Below, one piece after another: positions 20,067-34,143 of a DNA stretch of 64,000 bases (position 1 is the first letter of the stretch; each line of letters begins with the position of its first letter). The position numbers and the translations under genes were made by a program. The notes under the pieces are model-generated. The model was not told where the DNA came from, did not search any database, and saw only the letters and a list, made by a program, of their open reading frames with translations. This stretch comes from Acidobacteriota bacterium (GTDB lineage: Bacteria > Acidobacteriota > UBA6911 > RPQK01 > JAJDTT01): positions 4,992,001-5,056,000 of the forward strand of contig CBDCJH010000002.1 in assembly GCA_965217775.1 (NCBI GenBank), in the 5' to 3' direction.

Positions 20067-20294
20067 CGTTTTCCCGCTTTTCCACCGGTGGTAGAATGTA
20101 ATGGCTGTGGAAAAGGCTGCGCAGACTCGGACCGGGCCTTTTTCCACCTTGTATCAAGAGCCGAATTCACAATTGATGAGTGACTCTATCCACTTGGAAA
20201 TAAACGTTTCTTCCAGTTCATCCACAGTTTCCGCCAACTCTACGGCGACGATTCAAAATACATTTTCCCTTGTGACTTGAAGACGGAGAACACC
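20067..20294. promoter_or_regulatory. Probable oriC between dnaA and dnaN
   Basis: Perfect DnaA box TGTGGAAAA (20106-20114); near-matches TTTTCCACC (20078, 20140), CTATCCACT (20186), TCATCCACA (20218); trio-like TACGGCGACGAT; locally AT-rich. Confidence 0.8.
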
Positions 20295-21434
20295 ATGGAC
20301 ATAACTTTGAAGCGGGAGCATCTGTTTCCCGAGGTCCAACATCTTCAGACCATTGTCGAGAGAAAAACGACGGTTCCCATCCTTGGTCACATTCTCCTTG
20401 AAACCCTCGGGAACAACCTCGTCCTGACTGCGACCGACCTGGACGTCTCTCTGCGCTCCCGGTGCGAGGCCCAGGTGCGGGTCGGCGGCGCCCTTACCAT
20501 CTCAGCCCGGAAGTTATTCGAAATCGTTCGTCTGGCACCACCAGGTTCGATTATCCACATCAAATCCGTAGCCGAAGGCGATTGGGTCGAGATCGGCTAC
20601 GATCGGTCGCGGTTCAAGGTAGCTGCCTTGGGGAAGAGCAACTTCCCCGAGATCGGCGAGGCGGAAGGACAACTCATCCGGATGGACGCGGCCATAGTTC
20701 GCCGCATGATCGGGAGTTGCGTCTTCGCCATCACCCAGGAGGAGAGCCGATATACTCTCGGTGGGGCGCTAGCCGTGATTACTCCTTCGGGTCTGTCCCT
20801 GGTCACCACGGATGGGCACCGCCTGGTTGTTGTCCAACGGGACGTGGAGATGGATATCGACCAAGAGGAGATTCGAGTTCTGATTCCGAAGAAAGCACTG
20901 GTCGAGTTGGTGAAGCTACTCGGTGAAGCTGACGGGGATATCGAGTTCAGGAGTGGAGAGAGAAGGATTTCATTTGGAATCGGTAGCCGGCTGTTGATTT
21001 CTCGCATCCTGAGCGGTGAATTTCCAAACTACAAGATGGTCATTCCGCAAGGAAACAATCTGGTCGTGCACCTCAGCACCTTGGGTTTCACTGGAGCCCT
21101 GCGGCGTGTCGCGGTCGTGTCGGACCAAGAAGCACCAGCGGTCGAGGTGAGCCTGAGCGAGGGGCAGGTCAAGCTCGCCTGCCAGAATTCGAATGGAGAG
21201 CGGGCCGCCGAAGCGATGGAGACCACCTATGAGGGCCCGCAGATCGTGATCGGTTTCAATGTGAACTACCTGCTCGACTTCGTTAACGCCGTGGAGACCG
21301 AACAGGTACGGATTTCCCTCAAAGACTCGGATGCTCAGGGGCTGCTCCAACCCATCAGTGCGCCCGATGCAGACGACTCCGAACCGACCGGCGACTACAA
21401 GATGCAATATGTCATCATGCCGCTGAGCCTCTGA
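20295..21434 (+). CDS. dnaN: DNA polymerase III beta clamp
   Basis: TVPILG, ATDLD, TTDGHRL, FPNY, IGFN..YLLD, VIMP. Confidence 0.96.
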   Translation: MDITLKREHLFPEVQHLQTIVERKTTVPILGHILLETLGNNLVLTATDLDVSLRSRCEAQVRVGGALTISARKLFEIVRLAPPGSIIHIKSVAEGDWVEIGYDRSRFKVAALGKSNFPEIGEAEGQLIRMDAAIVRRMIGSCVFAITQEESRYTLGGALAVITPSGLSLVTTDGHRLVVVQRDVEMDIDQEEIRVLIPKKALVELVKLLGEADGDIEFRSGERRISFGIGSRLLISRILSGEFPNYKMVIPQGNNLVVHLSTLGFTGALRRVAVVSDQEAPAVEVSLSEGQVKLACQNSNGERAAEAMETTYEGPQIVIGFNVNYLLDFVNAVETEQVRISLKDSDAQGLLQPISAPDADDSEPTGDYKMQYVIMPLSL

Positions 21435-21481
21435 GCCGTACGGTTCCGTCGATCCGTTTGCGACACATGTACCGGGTATAA

Positions 21482-24007
<2,526 letters not shown>

Positions 24008-24145
24008 GCGCTTGCGGTCGAGGTCGGCGCGGCCGGTTTCCTGGCGTTTCCACTGTGACCCCAGTGCTGCACGTTTCCCCAGTCGGGCGCCGCTTCGCCC
24101 GCGCACCGTGACTTTTCGAATGGCCAGGATGGGAGGAACAAGTCG

Positions 24146-26608
24146 ATGAGAGAGTACCAGGGCCGGGAGATTCCGGTCACCATCGAAGCGGAGATGAAGA
24201 CGTCCTACCTGGACTACGCCATGTCGGTCATCGTGGGGCGGGCCCTGCCGGATGTCCGAGACGGGTTGAAGCCGGTTCATCGGCGCATCCTCTACGCCAT
24301 GAGCGAACTGAACAACAGCAGGAACCGCCCCCACAAGAAGTCGGCGCGGGTCGTGGGTGAGGTCATCGGAAAGTACCATCCCCACGGGGATGCGGCTGTC
24401 TACGATGCGCTGGTCCGAATGGCTCAGGATTTTTCCATGCGGGAGTTGCTGATCGACGGCCAGGGGAACTTCGGGTCCATCGATGGCGACTCGCCGGCAG
24501 CCATGCGATACACCGAGGTTCGGATGGCGCGAATCGCCGACGAGATCCTGGCGGACATCGAGAAGGAGACGGTCGATTTTCAGGCCAACTACGACGAGTC
24601 AATGCAGGAGCCGACCGTTTTGCCGGCTCGAATTCCCAATCTCTTGATCAACGGGGCCTCCGGGATTGCCGTGGGGATGGCGACCAACGTGCCTCCCCAC
24701 AACCTCAGTGAGGTCATCGACGGCCTTTTGCTCCTGCTCGATCGACCGGCGGATGCGACATTGTCGGCGCTTATGCGGTTGATTCGGGGACCGGATTTTC
24801 CCACCGCGGGGATCATCTACGGGCGCAAGGCCATCCACAGTGCGTACGCTACGGGCCGCGGCATCATCCAGTTGCGGGCCAAGGCCGCCATCGAGAAGAT
24901 CAGAAAAGACAAGGAGGCCATCATCATCGATGAGCTCCCGTATCAGGTCAACAAAGCCAAGCTCATCGAGACGATTGCAGCGCTCGTTCGCAGCAAGAGA
25001 ATCGATGGGATCAGCGACTTGAGAGACGAGTCCGATCGGGACGGGATGCGGGTCGTCATCGAGCTGAAGCGAGGCGAGCAGCCACAGGTGGTCCTGAACC
25101 AGCTCTACAAACTGACGCCGATGCAGAATTCGTTCGGGATTATTCTGCTGGCCCTGACGGCCGGCCGGCCGCGCGTCCTGACCCTCAAGGAAATGCTGAA
25201 CCATTTCCTTGCACATCGCAGGATCGTCGTGCGGCGGCGCACACAGTTCGACCTGAAGAAGGCCGAAAAGCGGGCACACATCCTGGAGGGTCTTGCCAAG
25301 GCTCTGGATCACCTGGATCTGGTGATCGCCCTGATCCGAGGTTCGAGGACGCCGGCGGAGGCCAAGACACAGTTGATCCAGAGCCTTGAGTTCACCGAAA
25401 TCCAGGCTCAGGCCATACTTGAAATGCGGCTGCAGCGCCTCACGGGCCTGGAACGGGACAAGATCGTGGAGGAACTGGAGCGGATTCGGGACCGGATCGT
25501 CCAACTGCGGAAGATTCTCACCAGCGGGGCCGAACTCCGGCGGGTGATCCGCGACGAACTCAGGGAGATTCAGGACAGGTACCATTCGCCGCGCCGCACG
25601 GTGATCCTGGACGAGGCGATCGACCTGACGATCGAGGACCTCATCGCCGAGGAGCAAGTGGTCATCACAGCCACGCACGGTGGCTACATCAAGCGGACGG
25701 CCCTTCACATCTACCGTAGTCAGCATCGCGGAGGCAAGGGCCGGATCGGAATGTCCACGCGCACGGTCGATGACGTCCTCGACTATCTTTTTGTCGCCTC
25801 CACGCACAGTTACATCCTCATCTTCACGAACCAGGGGAGAGTCTATTGGCTGAAGGTTTATGAGATTCCCGATGTGGGCGCCGCCGGGAAAGGGAAGCCG
25901 ATCGTCAATCTGGTCAAGTTGGAGCGGGGCGAGAAGGTGGCGGACATGATCGCCGTTCAGGACTTCAAGACCCCGGGTTTCATCGTGATGGCATCTCGCC
26001 AAGGGCGGGTTAAGAAGACGGCGTTGGGGGCTTACTCTCGACCCCTGGCGAAGGGGATCATCGCATGTGCAGTGGTGCAGGGGGATGAGCTGATCGTAGT
26101 GAGCCGAACCAGCGGCAAAGACGACATTCTTCTCTGCACGGAACAGGGTAAGGCCGCCCGGTTCTCGGAAAAACAGGTCCGGGAGATGGGGCGCGTCGCT
26201 CGGGGCGTATGGGGTATACGCCTCAAGGGAGGCGACTCGGTCGTCAGCATGGGCGTCATTCGAGAAAATCACGAGAGCATATTGGCGGTGACCGAACACG
26301 GATTCGGAAAGCGGACACCAGTCAACGAATACGCCCCGAAGGGGCGGGCGGGCCAGGGCGTGATCAACATCAAGACCAGCGGCCGAAACGGCAAGGTTGC
26401 GGCGACATTCCCGGTGGGACCTGGTGCTGAGTTGATCATCATCACCGCAAGGGGCAAGATCATACGCTTGGAAGCGGATAGCATTCGAATGACGGGCCGC
26501 AACGCATTTGGCGTGACGCTGATGGAGATGGGGGATGGAGACACTGTGGCCGATGTGAGCCTGGTGGCCGACGGGGTTGTAGAAGTGGAATCGGAGGCTT
26601 CCGAATGA
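24146..26608 (+). CDS. gyrA: DNA gyrase subunit A
   Basis: [22 protein letters not shown], GyrA-box QHRGGKG. Confidence 0.97.
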   Translation: MREYQGREIPVTIEAEMKTSYLDYAMSVIVGRALPDVRDGLKPVHRRILYAMSELNNSRNRPHKKSARVVGEVIGKYHPHGDAAVYDALVRMAQDFSMRELLIDGQGNFGSIDGDSPAAMRYTEVRMARIADEILADIEKETVDFQANYDESMQEPTVLPARIPNLLINGASGIAVGMATNVPPHNLSEVIDGLLLLLDRPADATLSALMRLIRGPDFPTAGIIYGRKAIHSAYATGRGIIQLRAKAAIEKIRKDKEAIIIDELPYQVNKAKLIETIAALVRSKRIDGISDLRDESDRDGMRVVIELKRGEQPQVVLNQLYKLTPMQNSFGIILLALTAGRPRVLTLKEMLNHFLAHRRIVVRRRTQFDLKKAEKRAHILEGLAKALDHLDLVIALIRGSRTPAEAKTQLIQSLEFTEIQAQAILEMRLQRLTGLERDKIVEELERIRDRIVQLRKILTSGAELRRVIRDELREIQDRYHSPRRTVILDEAIDLTIEDLIAEEQVVITATHGGYIKRTALHIYRSQHRGGKGRIGMSTRTVDDVLDYLFVASTHSYILIFTNQGRVYWLKVYEIPDVGAAGKGKPIVNLVKLERGEKVADMIAVQDFKTPGFIVMASRQGRVKKTALGAYSRPLAKGIIACAVVQGDELIVVSRTSGKDDILLCTEQGKAARFSEKQVREMGRVARGVWGIRLKGGDSVVSMGVIRENHESILAVTEHGFGKRTPVNEYAPKGRAGQGVINIKTSGRNGKVAATFPVGPGAELIIITARGKIIRLEADSIRMTGRNAFGVTLMEMGDGDTVADVSLVADGVVEVESEASE

Positions 26609-27396
26609 GATCTGCGGTCCCCTGGTTGGTCCTGGTCGCGGCTGCTGCAATTCTGTTCCTATACGGTCACGACCAGGCGGGAGCGGAATTCCAGAGGGCC
26701 CGTGACCTCTGGCTGACCGGGGAGTATCGGGCGGCGACCCGCGTCTTTGAAAGTGTCCGCCGCCTCCACCCCGACAGCCGGCATGCCGCGGAAGCCCTCT
26801 GGGAGATCGCTTCCATCTACTACTCGCATCACTACGACCTGTCCGAGGCGCGTACGCATCTGGAGGAACTGGTCTCCCGCTACCCCACGAGCCTCCGTGT
26901 CGGTGACGCGCTCCTCCGCCTGGCGGAAATCCATGAAGCCGGAGAAAACGATCTGGCCGCGGCCGTGAAGTACTGGTCCCTGGTCCTGGAACGGAAGCTG
27001 CCCCCGGAGGAGGAGCGGGAAATCCTCTATAAGCGGGGGCGTGCGCTACTGAAGCTGGAACAGATCGACGAGTCGGAACGCGACCTGTGGGCGGCGGCGG
27101 GTGACTCGTCGGACCACCTGTCCCAACAGGCACATGTCTGTCTTGGAACGATCGCCCAGATCAGGGGGGACCATCGGGCGGCGGTCCGTCTTTTCGAGAA
27201 GACCCGGGATCTGGGCCGCTGTGGCGAATGCCTGCTCCAATGCCGCCTCAGCATGATTGAGAGTTTCGAATATACGGGCGAACTGGACCGGGCAATCGAG
27301 ATCGCCGGCGTTCTGGACAAGACGGGCTACCCGAAGGCCGGCGAGCTGATCGTCCGGCTCAGACAGAAGCGGGATTTCTACGCCGACACGAAGTAG
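26605..27396 (+). CDS. Exported tetratricopeptide-repeat protein (BamD/CpoB-like)
   Basis: Hydrophobic N-terminus; HPDS..AAEAL and YPTS..DALL repeats. Confidence 0.75.
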   Translation: MRSAVPWLVLVAAAAILFLYGHDQAGAEFQRARDLWLTGEYRAATRVFESVRRLHPDSRHAAEALWEIASIYYSHHYDLSEARTHLEELVSRYPTSLRVGDALLRLAEIHEAGENDLAAAVKYWSLVLERKLPPEEEREILYKRGRALLKLEQIDESERDLWAAAGDSSDHLSQQAHVCLGTIAQIRGDHRAAVRLFEKTRDLGRCGECLLQCRLSMIESFEYTGELDRAIEIAGVLDKTGYPKAGELIVRLRQKRDFYADTK

Positions 27397-27445
27397 CGCC
27401 TCCCCTGAAACCCACGTATCCTTTCTCGCTCGTCGCCCAAGGCCG

Positions 27446-27475
27446 TTGACACGAGGGCCGAAACCGGACTATATT
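27446..27475 (+). promoter_or_regulatory. Sigma70-type promoter of rpsU
   Basis: TTGACA-N18-TATATT. Confidence 0.65.
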
Positions 27476-27501
27476 GTCGGCTCCAAGAAAGGTGGAACGA
27501 A

Positions 27502-27705
27502 GTGGCGTACGTCTTCATTCATGATGGGGAGCCCCTGGAAAGCGCGCTCAGGCGCTTCAAGCGAAAGGTGCAGCAGGAAGACATCATCAAGGATGTCAAG
27601 CGCCATTCCTACTATCTGAAACCGGGCGAGAAACGGCGCCTCAAGCAGGCCCTGGCACGGAAGAGAGCCCGGAAGAAGTTCATGAAGAAGCAGCTTCACA
27701 GATAG
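27502..27705 (+). CDS. rpsU: 30S ribosomal protein S21
   Basis: ESALRRFKRKV, YYLKPGE. Confidence 0.95.
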   Translation: MAYVFIHDGEPLESALRRFKRKVQQEDIIKDVKRHSYYLKPGEKRRLKQALARKRARKKFMKKQLHR

Positions 27706-27788
27706 TATCCACGACCCGTCTCCGGACCCCCGGCAGCCTCCTGCCGGCATGTCTCACCGGGTTTCCCGGCAGACCTTCAGCTACAAAT

Positions 27789-28409
27789 TCAGGGATTGAT
27801 GCAGCGGATCGCTTTCCAGTGACCCAGGAAGTCGATGGGCATTTCCGATTCGATTTCCAGCCCGCACTCGCGCAGCAGCTTCTTTCGATCCAGATCGGTT
27901 CGGAATCCGATCCGGTAGCAGAGGGGGGAAATGAGCGCCTCGAGCGAACCGAGGATAGGGTTCTCGTTGCGAAAGTGGTTCAGGAAGACGAGATATCCGC
28001 CCTTCTTGCAGACTCTCTTCATTTCTTCAATCACCATCACGGCGTCGGGGACCACGGAGATGAAATAGGCGGCGAGGATTCGATCGAAGCTGCCGGAGGG
28101 AAAATCGAGACTGGTGGCGTCCATCTTCAGCAACTGCACATTCTCCAGCCCCAATTCCTTGGTCCGGCGCCGCGCCTGGTCCAACATTTTCTCGGACAGG
28201 TCGACACCCGTTATCTGGATGTTTTGCGGTAGCATCGGCAGGGAGAGGCCGGTTCCCACCCCCACTTCCAGGAGACGAGATTCGGCCGTCAGGTCCAGCA
28301 GGAGGGGGGCTATTTCCCGCCCGCTGCTGAAGATGGGACCGAACAGGAGATCGTAGAAACGAGAGTACCTGTTGTAAACCTTCTCGATGTGTTCGACATC
28401 GACATTCAC
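27789..28409 (-). CDS. Class I SAM methyltransferase, PmtA-like phospholipid N-methyltransferase
   Basis: YDLLFG, LEVGVGTGLSL, ISVVPD, LNHF. Confidence 0.8.
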   Translation of the reverse strand: MNVDVEHIEKVYNRYSRFYDLLFGPIFSSGREIAPLLLDLTAESRLLEVGVGTGLSLPMLPQNIQITGVDLSEKMLDQARRRTKELGLENVQLLKMDATSLDFPSGSFDRILAAYFISVVPDAVMVIEEMKRVCKKGGYLVFLNHFRNENPILGSLEALISPLCYRIGFRTDLDRKKLLRECGLEIESEMPIDFLGHWKAIRCINP

Positions 28410-28487
28410 AAAACGGCCCCCCTTTTCCGCGCCATTGTAGCATTATCCCCCACGGAGGGTAGAATCTGCCTATGCTATGATCGGGCC

Positions 28488-29075
28488 GTGTCACAAAGCC
28501 GGTCAGATGGGCTGGATGTTCTCATTGAAGCGGCTGAGATCCGGCAGCGCGTCGCTGAAATGGCTCGTCGCATCGAGGCCGATTACCGGGGCAGGGAACC
28601 GCATTTTGTCGGTGTCCTCAAGGGAGCGGCCATATTCCACGCCGACCTGGTCCGGGAGCTGGCCCTTCCCCTGACCATCGACTTCCTCTCGGTTTCCAGC
28701 TATGGCTCATCCATGGCACCGGTGGGTCCGTTGTCGCTTGACAAGGACTTGGAGGATGACATCGAGGGCAAGGACGTCATTCTGGTGGAGGACATCGTCG
28801 ACACGGGCCGCACCGCCACCTTTCTGTTCCAATGGTTGCCGGAGCGAAAGCCGGCGTCCTTGAGGCTTTGCGCCCTGCTGTCCAAACCGGCCCGCCGCGA
28901 GTTTCCCGCGTACCCCGACTATGTCGGCTTCGATGTCCCCGACCGTTTCGTCGTCGGCTATGGTCTGGACTACAATCAGAAGTATCGCAACCTGCCGTAT
29001 ATAGCGGCCCTGCGGCGTTCGCGCCCGGTGCCGCCCCCCGCGCATTTGGAGCACGCCGCCACCGGCGAACCGTGA
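28488..29075 (+). CDS. hpt: Hypoxanthine phosphoribosyltransferase
   Basis: GVLKGA, VEDIVDTG, FVVGYGLDY..YRNLP. Confidence 0.95.
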   Translation: MSQSRSDGLDVLIEAAEIRQRVAEMARRIEADYRGREPHFVGVLKGAAIFHADLVRELALPLTIDFLSVSSYGSSMAPVGPLSLDKDLEDDIEGKDVILVEDIVDTGRTATFLFQWLPERKPASLRLCALLSKPARREFPAYPDYVGFDVPDRFVVGYGLDYNQKYRNLPYIAALRRSRPVPPPAHLEHAATGEP

Positions 29076-29121
29076 GGCCGTTCAGGCCGGGGACACGGCT
29101 TGCAAATGAGGAGAATCCGAG

Positions 29122-31080
29122 ATGAGCGAGAGAGAAGGAACCATATCTGCATTGATGACGGAGGATCGGCGGTTCTCCCCTGCCCAGGAGTTCACCGCCC
29201 AGGCGAACTGGAGCGACCCGGAGGTCTATCAGCGGGCCCTGTCGGACCCGGAAGGCTTCTGGAGCGAGATGGCCCAGGCCATCGACTGGTTTGAGCCCTG
29301 GAGCTCGGTTCTGGAGTGGGACCCGCCCACCACGAAGTGGTTCCTTGGGGCCAAGGTCAACGTTTCCTACAACTGCGTCGACCGGCATCTGGCGACGTGG
29401 AGAAAGAACAAGGCGGCCATCATCTGGGAAGGTGAGCCGGGTGACACCCGGGTCCTCACCTACCAGGACCTGCACCGCGAGGTGAATCGTTGCGCGGCGG
29501 CCATGAGGCGGCTGGGGATCGAAAAGGGTGACCGCGTGGCGCTCTATCTGGGGATGGTGCCGGAACTGCCGATCGCCATGCTGGCCTGTGCGCGGCTGGG
29601 CGCGCCCCACACCGTTGTGTTTGGCGGCTTCAGTCCCGAGTCGCTCCGCGACCGCATCGTGGATTGTCAGGCCAAGCTCCTGGTCACGGCCGACGGCGCG
29701 TGGCGCCGGGGAAAAGTGGTGGAGCTGAAAGAGAACGCCGATCGAGCATTGGACGGTTGCCCGGGCATCGAGAATGTCCTGGTGGTGAACCGCGTCGCCT
29801 CCCCCGAGCAGGTTTCCATGGTGAAAGGACGGGATCGATGGTGGCATGCCGAGATGGAGGCGAGCGGGACGGAAACCGTCGAGCCCGAGTCGCTGGACAG
29901 CGAGCACCCCCTGTACATCCTGTACACCTCGGGGACGACGGGGAAGCCGAAGGGCCTGCTCCATACCACCGGGGGTTACCTGGTCGGCGTCCACACCACC
30001 GCCAAGTACGTATTCGACCTGAAGGAAAACGACACCTATTGGTGCGCTGCCGATGTGGGGTGGGTCACCGGGCACAGCTACATCGTGTACGGTCCTCTCT
30101 CCAACGGCGCCACCTCCATCATGTACGAAGGGGCGCCCGATTACCCTGGGAAGGACCGTTTCTGGCAGATCATCGAGAAATACCGGGCCAACATTCTGTA
30201 TACGGCCCCGACCGCGATCCGGGCGTTCATGAAGTGGGGAACGGAGTATCCGGCAGGCCACGATCTGAGCTCACTCCGGCTCCTGGGGACGGTGGGAGAG
30301 CCCATCAACCCGGAGGCCTGGGTCTGGTATCGGGACCATATCGGTTCCGGTCGGACCCCGGTGGTCGACACCTGGTGGCAGACGGAGACGGGCATGACGC
30401 TCATCACTCCCTTGCCGGGGGTGACGGTCTTGAAGCCCGGGTCGGCAACCTTTCCCTTTCCGGGAGTCGAGGCCGACATCGTGGACGAAGCCGGAGAGTC
30501 GGTGCCTCTCGGAGGAGGTGGGTATCTGGTGCTGAAACGCCCCTGGCCGGCCATGGCCCGAACCATCTGGGGCGATCCGGCGCGATGGCACGATCAGTAT
30601 TGGTCACAATATCCCGGAATCTACTTCACGGGAGACGGGGCCAAGCGGGATGAGGACGGCTACTTCTGGTTACTGGGCCGCGTGGACGATGTCCTGAACG
30701 TGGCCGGTCACCGCATCGGGACCATGGAGGTGGAAAGCGCACTGGTGAGCCACCCCAGCGTTGCCGAAGCGGCCGTTATCGGCATCACCCACGAAATCAA
30801 GGGTCAGGCGATCGGCGCGTTCGTCACTCTCCGTGGAGATCAGACGGCGACGCCGGAGCTGGTCGCTGAACTCAAGCTCCACGTGGGAGAAAAGATCGGA
30901 CCCATTGCCCGTCCCGACACCCTGATCCCGACCGGGGAGCTGCCCAAGACCCGCAGCGGAAAGATCATGCGGCGCCTGCTCCGCGACATCGCCGAGGGCC
31001 GGGTCGTCGGCGACACTACGACACTGCAGGACCCGGGAGTCCTGGACGCCATCAAGGACGAATACGAAGAGAGCGAGTAA
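29122..31080 (+). CDS. acs: Acetyl-CoA synthetase
   Basis: [32 protein letters not shown]. Confidence 0.97.
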   Translation: MSEREGTISALMTEDRRFSPAQEFTAQANWSDPEVYQRALSDPEGFWSEMAQAIDWFEPWSSVLEWDPPTTKWFLGAKVNVSYNCVDRHLATWRKNKAAIIWEGEPGDTRVLTYQDLHREVNRCAAAMRRLGIEKGDRVALYLGMVPELPIAMLACARLGAPHTVVFGGFSPESLRDRIVDCQAKLLVTADGAWRRGKVVELKENADRALDGCPGIENVLVVNRVASPEQVSMVKGRDRWWHAEMEASGTETVEPESLDSEHPLYILYTSGTTGKPKGLLHTTGGYLVGVHTTAKYVFDLKENDTYWCAADVGWVTGHSYIVYGPLSNGATSIMYEGAPDYPGKDRFWQIIEKYRANILYTAPTAIRAFMKWGTEYPAGHDLSSLRLLGTVGEPINPEAWVWYRDHIGSGRTPVVDTWWQTETGMTLITPLPGVTVLKPGSATFPFPGVEADIVDEAGESVPLGGGGYLVLKRPWPAMARTIWGDPARWHDQYWSQYPGIYFTGDGAKRDEDGYFWLLGRVDDVLNVAGHRIGTMEVESALVSHPSVAEAAVIGITHEIKGQAIGAFVTLRGDQTATPELVAELKLHVGEKIGPIARPDTLIPTGELPKTRSGKIMRRLLRDIAEGRVVGDTTTLQDPGVLDAIKDEYEESE

Positions 31081-31092
31081 CGCCGGCGAGGA

Positions 31093-31195
31093 GTGAGGAA
31101 AGAGAAAAAGAGAAGAGAGAGAAGGGCAGCGGGCGGCGCGCCGTTGCGCGTGGCCCCCGGCTCCCCCTCTCGCTTCTCGGTCGTTTCAACTCACC
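31093..31195. terminator. Long imperfect purine/pyrimidine hairpin between convergent genes
   Basis: GAGAAGAGAGAGAAGGG..CGGG can pair with CCCG..CCCCCTCTCGCTTCTC. Confidence 0.35.
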
Positions 31196-31242
31196 ACCGA
31201 GCGGGTCGCGCCGGCCGCGCCACCGCCCAGCCGGAGAACTCT

Positions 31243-31683
31243 TCAGGAAGTCGCGGTTTCCGCCTTGGCGCAGTGTCGCGCAAACGCGTCCCGCAGATCG
31301 CTGGAAATTTCGTAGGCTTCCCGACTCTCGATCAGGTGGCGCTCCATCATGTAGACCAGCTTGCCTTCGCGCAGCAGGGCGATGCTGGGAGACGATGGAG
31401 GATAGGGAAAAAAGTACTCCCTGGCTCGGGCGGTCGCCTCGAGATCCTGGCCGGCGAACACCGTGGTCAGGCGATCCGGCTTGGGATCATCCCTGAGCGC
31501 ATCCGCAATCGCCGGGCGGGCCCGGGCGGCGGCGCATCCGCAAATGGAGTTGACCACCACCAGAACGGTGCCCTCCTCCCCGGTCAGCGCCTGGTCCACG
31601 TCTTGAGCGGTACGCAATTCTTCAACGCCGATGCGAGTCAACTCCTGTCGCATCGGGGTCACCCATTGTTCAGGATATGGCAT
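31243..31683 (-). CDS. BrxA/BrxB family bacilliredoxin
   Basis: NSICGCAA (CGC motif), TVFAGQD, PPSSPS. Confidence 0.92.
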   Translation of the reverse strand: MPYPEQWVTPMRQELTRIGVEELRTAQDVDQALTGEEGTVLVVVNSICGCAAARARPAIADALRDDPKPDRLTTVFAGQDLEATARAREYFFPYPPSSPSIALLREGKLVYMMERHLIESREAYEISSDLRDAFARHCAKAETATS

Positions 31684-31758
31684 GAATTTCTCCTCCTTCC
31701 GGCTGATGTATGTCGATTCACTCTACATTCTAATTTGGAAGCCGTTCCCAAATCCAGG

Positions 31759-32925
31759 TTACTCGAAAGCGGCGATGCCGGTGATGGACTGGCCCAGGAT
31801 CAGGGTGTGGATGTCGTGGGTTCCCTCGTAGGTCGAAACCGTTTCCAGGTTCGACATGTGGCGAAAAACCGGATACTCGGCGAGGATTCCGTTGGCCCCC
31901 AGGAGATCCCGGGCCAGCCGCGCGATGCGAAGTGCGACGGCGACGTTGTTGCGCTTCGCCATGGAGATCTGATCGTGACGGCACTTGCCCTCTTCCATGA
32001 GTTGCCCCAACCGGTAAGTCAACAGTTGGCCCTTCGTGATTTCCGTCAACATGTACACTAGTTTCTGTTGGACCAGTTGATGGCCGGCAATGGGGCGGTT
32101 CCCGAATTGGCGCCGCTCGAGAGCCCAGCGCCGGGCGGTCTCATAACAGGTCATGGCCGCCCCGAGAGCCCCCCAGGCGATGCCGTACCGAGCCTTGTTC
32201 AAGCACATGAGGGCGCTTTTCAGACCTGTCGTCCCGGCCAGGAGGCGGTCTTCGGGGATCCGGCAGTCGTCCAGGATCAGCTCCGAGGTGACCGACGCTC
32301 GAAGCGAATGCTTGTGGCGGTAGTCCCTGGTGGAAAAACCTTCGGTCGAGCGTTCCACCAGGAATCCACGGATTCCCGCTCCCTCCAGCCGCGCCCAGAC
32401 GACGGCGACGTCGGCGAGGCTGCCGTTGGTCACCCAGGCCTTGTTTCCGTTCAGGACGAAACCCCCGCCGTGGTGCCGTGCCCGGGTCCGCATCCCAGCG
32501 GGATTCGAGCCGAAATCGGGCTCGGTGAGACCAAAGCAGCCGATGGCCCGTCCGGCCTGTAGCCGCGGCAGCCAGTACGCTCGTTGCTCCTCGCTTCCGA
32601 AACGGTGGATGGGGTACATGACCAGGGCATTCTGGACCGAGACGAAGCTGCGCAGGCCGCTGTCTCCCCTTTCCAGCTCCTGCATGATGAGGCCGTAGCC
32701 GACCGGGCCGAGGCCGGCACAATTGTAGCCGGTCAAGCTGGCCCCCAGGTAGCCGAGGCCGGCCATGGACTCCACCAGATGCAGGGGGAACGTGCCTTTC
32801 CGGAAATGGTCTTCGATGATGGGAACGACTCGTTCCTCGACGAAGCTGCGGACGCTGTCTCGAATCAGCCTTTCCTCCTGGGAAAGCAGGTCGTCGAGAC
32901 GCATGAAATCGACGTTTTCCGACAC
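31759..32925 (-). CDS. Acyl-CoA dehydrogenase, glutaryl-CoA dehydrogenase-like
   Basis: ELERGDSG, CFGLTEPDFGS, TYEGTHDIH. Confidence 0.9.
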   Translation of the reverse strand: MSENVDFMRLDDLLSQEERLIRDSVRSFVEERVVPIIEDHFRKGTFPLHLVESMAGLGYLGASLTGYNCAGLGPVGYGLIMQELERGDSGLRSFVSVQNALVMYPIHRFGSEEQRAYWLPRLQAGRAIGCFGLTEPDFGSNPAGMRTRARHHGGGFVLNGNKAWVTNGSLADVAVVWARLEGAGIRGFLVERSTEGFSTRDYRHKHSLRASVTSELILDDCRIPEDRLLAGTTGLKSALMCLNKARYGIAWGALGAAMTCYETARRWALERRQFGNRPIAGHQLVQQKLVYMLTEITKGQLLTYRLGQLMEEGKCRHDQISMAKRNNVAVALRIARLARDLLGANGILAEYPVFRHMSNLETVSTYEGTHDIHTLILGQSITGIAAFE

Positions 32926-33101
32926 GGCGACGAATATAGCAGGCCGCGGCCGGAGGCGCGCGGCACCCGTCGGCCCGGCCGGCCCGCATGCCCGAAAGGC
33001 CGTGAGCACGGGCCGACGTTGATACCTCGCTGAAGACTTCGCGATGCCACCCTGATTCCCCGGTCCCCATTTCCCGCTCTTCCGTGTGCTATAAGGATTG
33101 C

Positions 33102-34103
33102 GTGATCGTTGGCCTCACTGGCCGCAACGGCTCTGGTAAAGGCGTCGTGGCCGACTACCTGCAAACCAAGGGCTTCGGTTTCTGGTCCCTCTCCGATGTG
33201 ATTCGCGAGGAGATCAGGCGGCGGGGGGAGGAAGTGACGCGGCCCCAGTTGATCCGTGTCGGAAGGGAGCTTCGATCCAGGTACGGCAACGACCATCTGG
33301 CGCAGGAGATTCTGGCCAAGCTGGAGGCGGATCGGAACTACGTCGTCGATTCCTTTCGCCACCCGGCGGAGGTTCGGGCATTTTCGCGGCAGCCCGACTT
33401 CTATCTGCTGGCGGTCGAAGCGGAGGCCGAAATCCGGCACCGTCGCGTCCGGGACCGCGCCCGGGAGAGCGACCCCGTCTCATTCGATCAGTTTCTCGAC
33501 TTGGAACGGCAAGAGCTGTCCAGTCCGGACACGCAAGGCCAGCAGCTTTTGGCGACGGGGCAGTTGGCCAACGTCAGCTTCGCCAACAACCGCACCAAGG
33601 AGGACCTTCAGCAGAAAATCGCCGATTGGCTGCTTCAGACGGTCCCCAAGATGACCCGGCCGCATTGGGATCCGTACTTCATGAAACTGGCGCAGGTGGT
33701 GGCGCTCAGGAGCAACTGCATCAAGCGCAAGGTGGGGGCCATCATCGTGCGCGATCTACGGGTGATCTCCACAGGCTACAACGGCACGCCGCGCGGCACC
33801 CGTAACTGTTTCGAGGGGGGCTGTCCCCGCTGTGCCGGGCTGGCGGACAGTGGTACGCAGTTGGGGGACTGCCTCTGTTCCCATGCCGAGGAGAATGCCA
33901 TCACCCAGGCGGCCTACCATGGCGTGAGCGTCAATGGGGGCGTTCTCTATACGACGTACTCGCCCTGCCTGACCTGCAGCAAGATGATCATCAACTCGGG
34001 AGTCGGCGAGGTGGTCTACAACTTGGAGTATCCTCTCTCCGGACGATCGTTTCGGCTCCTCCGTGAGGCGTCCGTCGACTGCCGCCAGCCGACGGACGGC
34101 TAG
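33102..34103 (+). CDS. P-loop kinase-like domain fused to dCMP deaminase
   Basis: GRNGSGKG Walker A; RPHWD.YFM, TGYNG, HAEENAI, PCLTC. Confidence 0.9.
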   Translation: MIVGLTGRNGSGKGVVADYLQTKGFGFWSLSDVIREEIRRRGEEVTRPQLIRVGRELRSRYGNDHLAQEILAKLEADRNYVVDSFRHPAEVRAFSRQPDFYLLAVEAEAEIRHRRVRDRARESDPVSFDQFLDLERQELSSPDTQGQQLLATGQLANVSFANNRTKEDLQQKIADWLLQTVPKMTRPHWDPYFMKLAQVVALRSNCIKRKVGAIIVRDLRVISTGYNGTPRGTRNCFEGGCPRCAGLADSGTQLGDCLCSHAEENAITQAAYHGVSVNGGVLYTTYSPCLTCSKMIINSGVGEVVYNLEYPLSGRSFRLLREASVDCRQPTDG

Positions 34104-34143
34104 CCGGGGTGCGGCCCGCGATGGTCCGGCGTCCCGGGGCAAT

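Noticed and set aside
24599-27133. Long antisense ORFs (e.g. 844 aa opposite gyrA, 511 aa opposite rpsA, 496 aa opposite pncB)
   Set aside because: Shadow ORFs expected from high-GC codon bias; no motifs of their own
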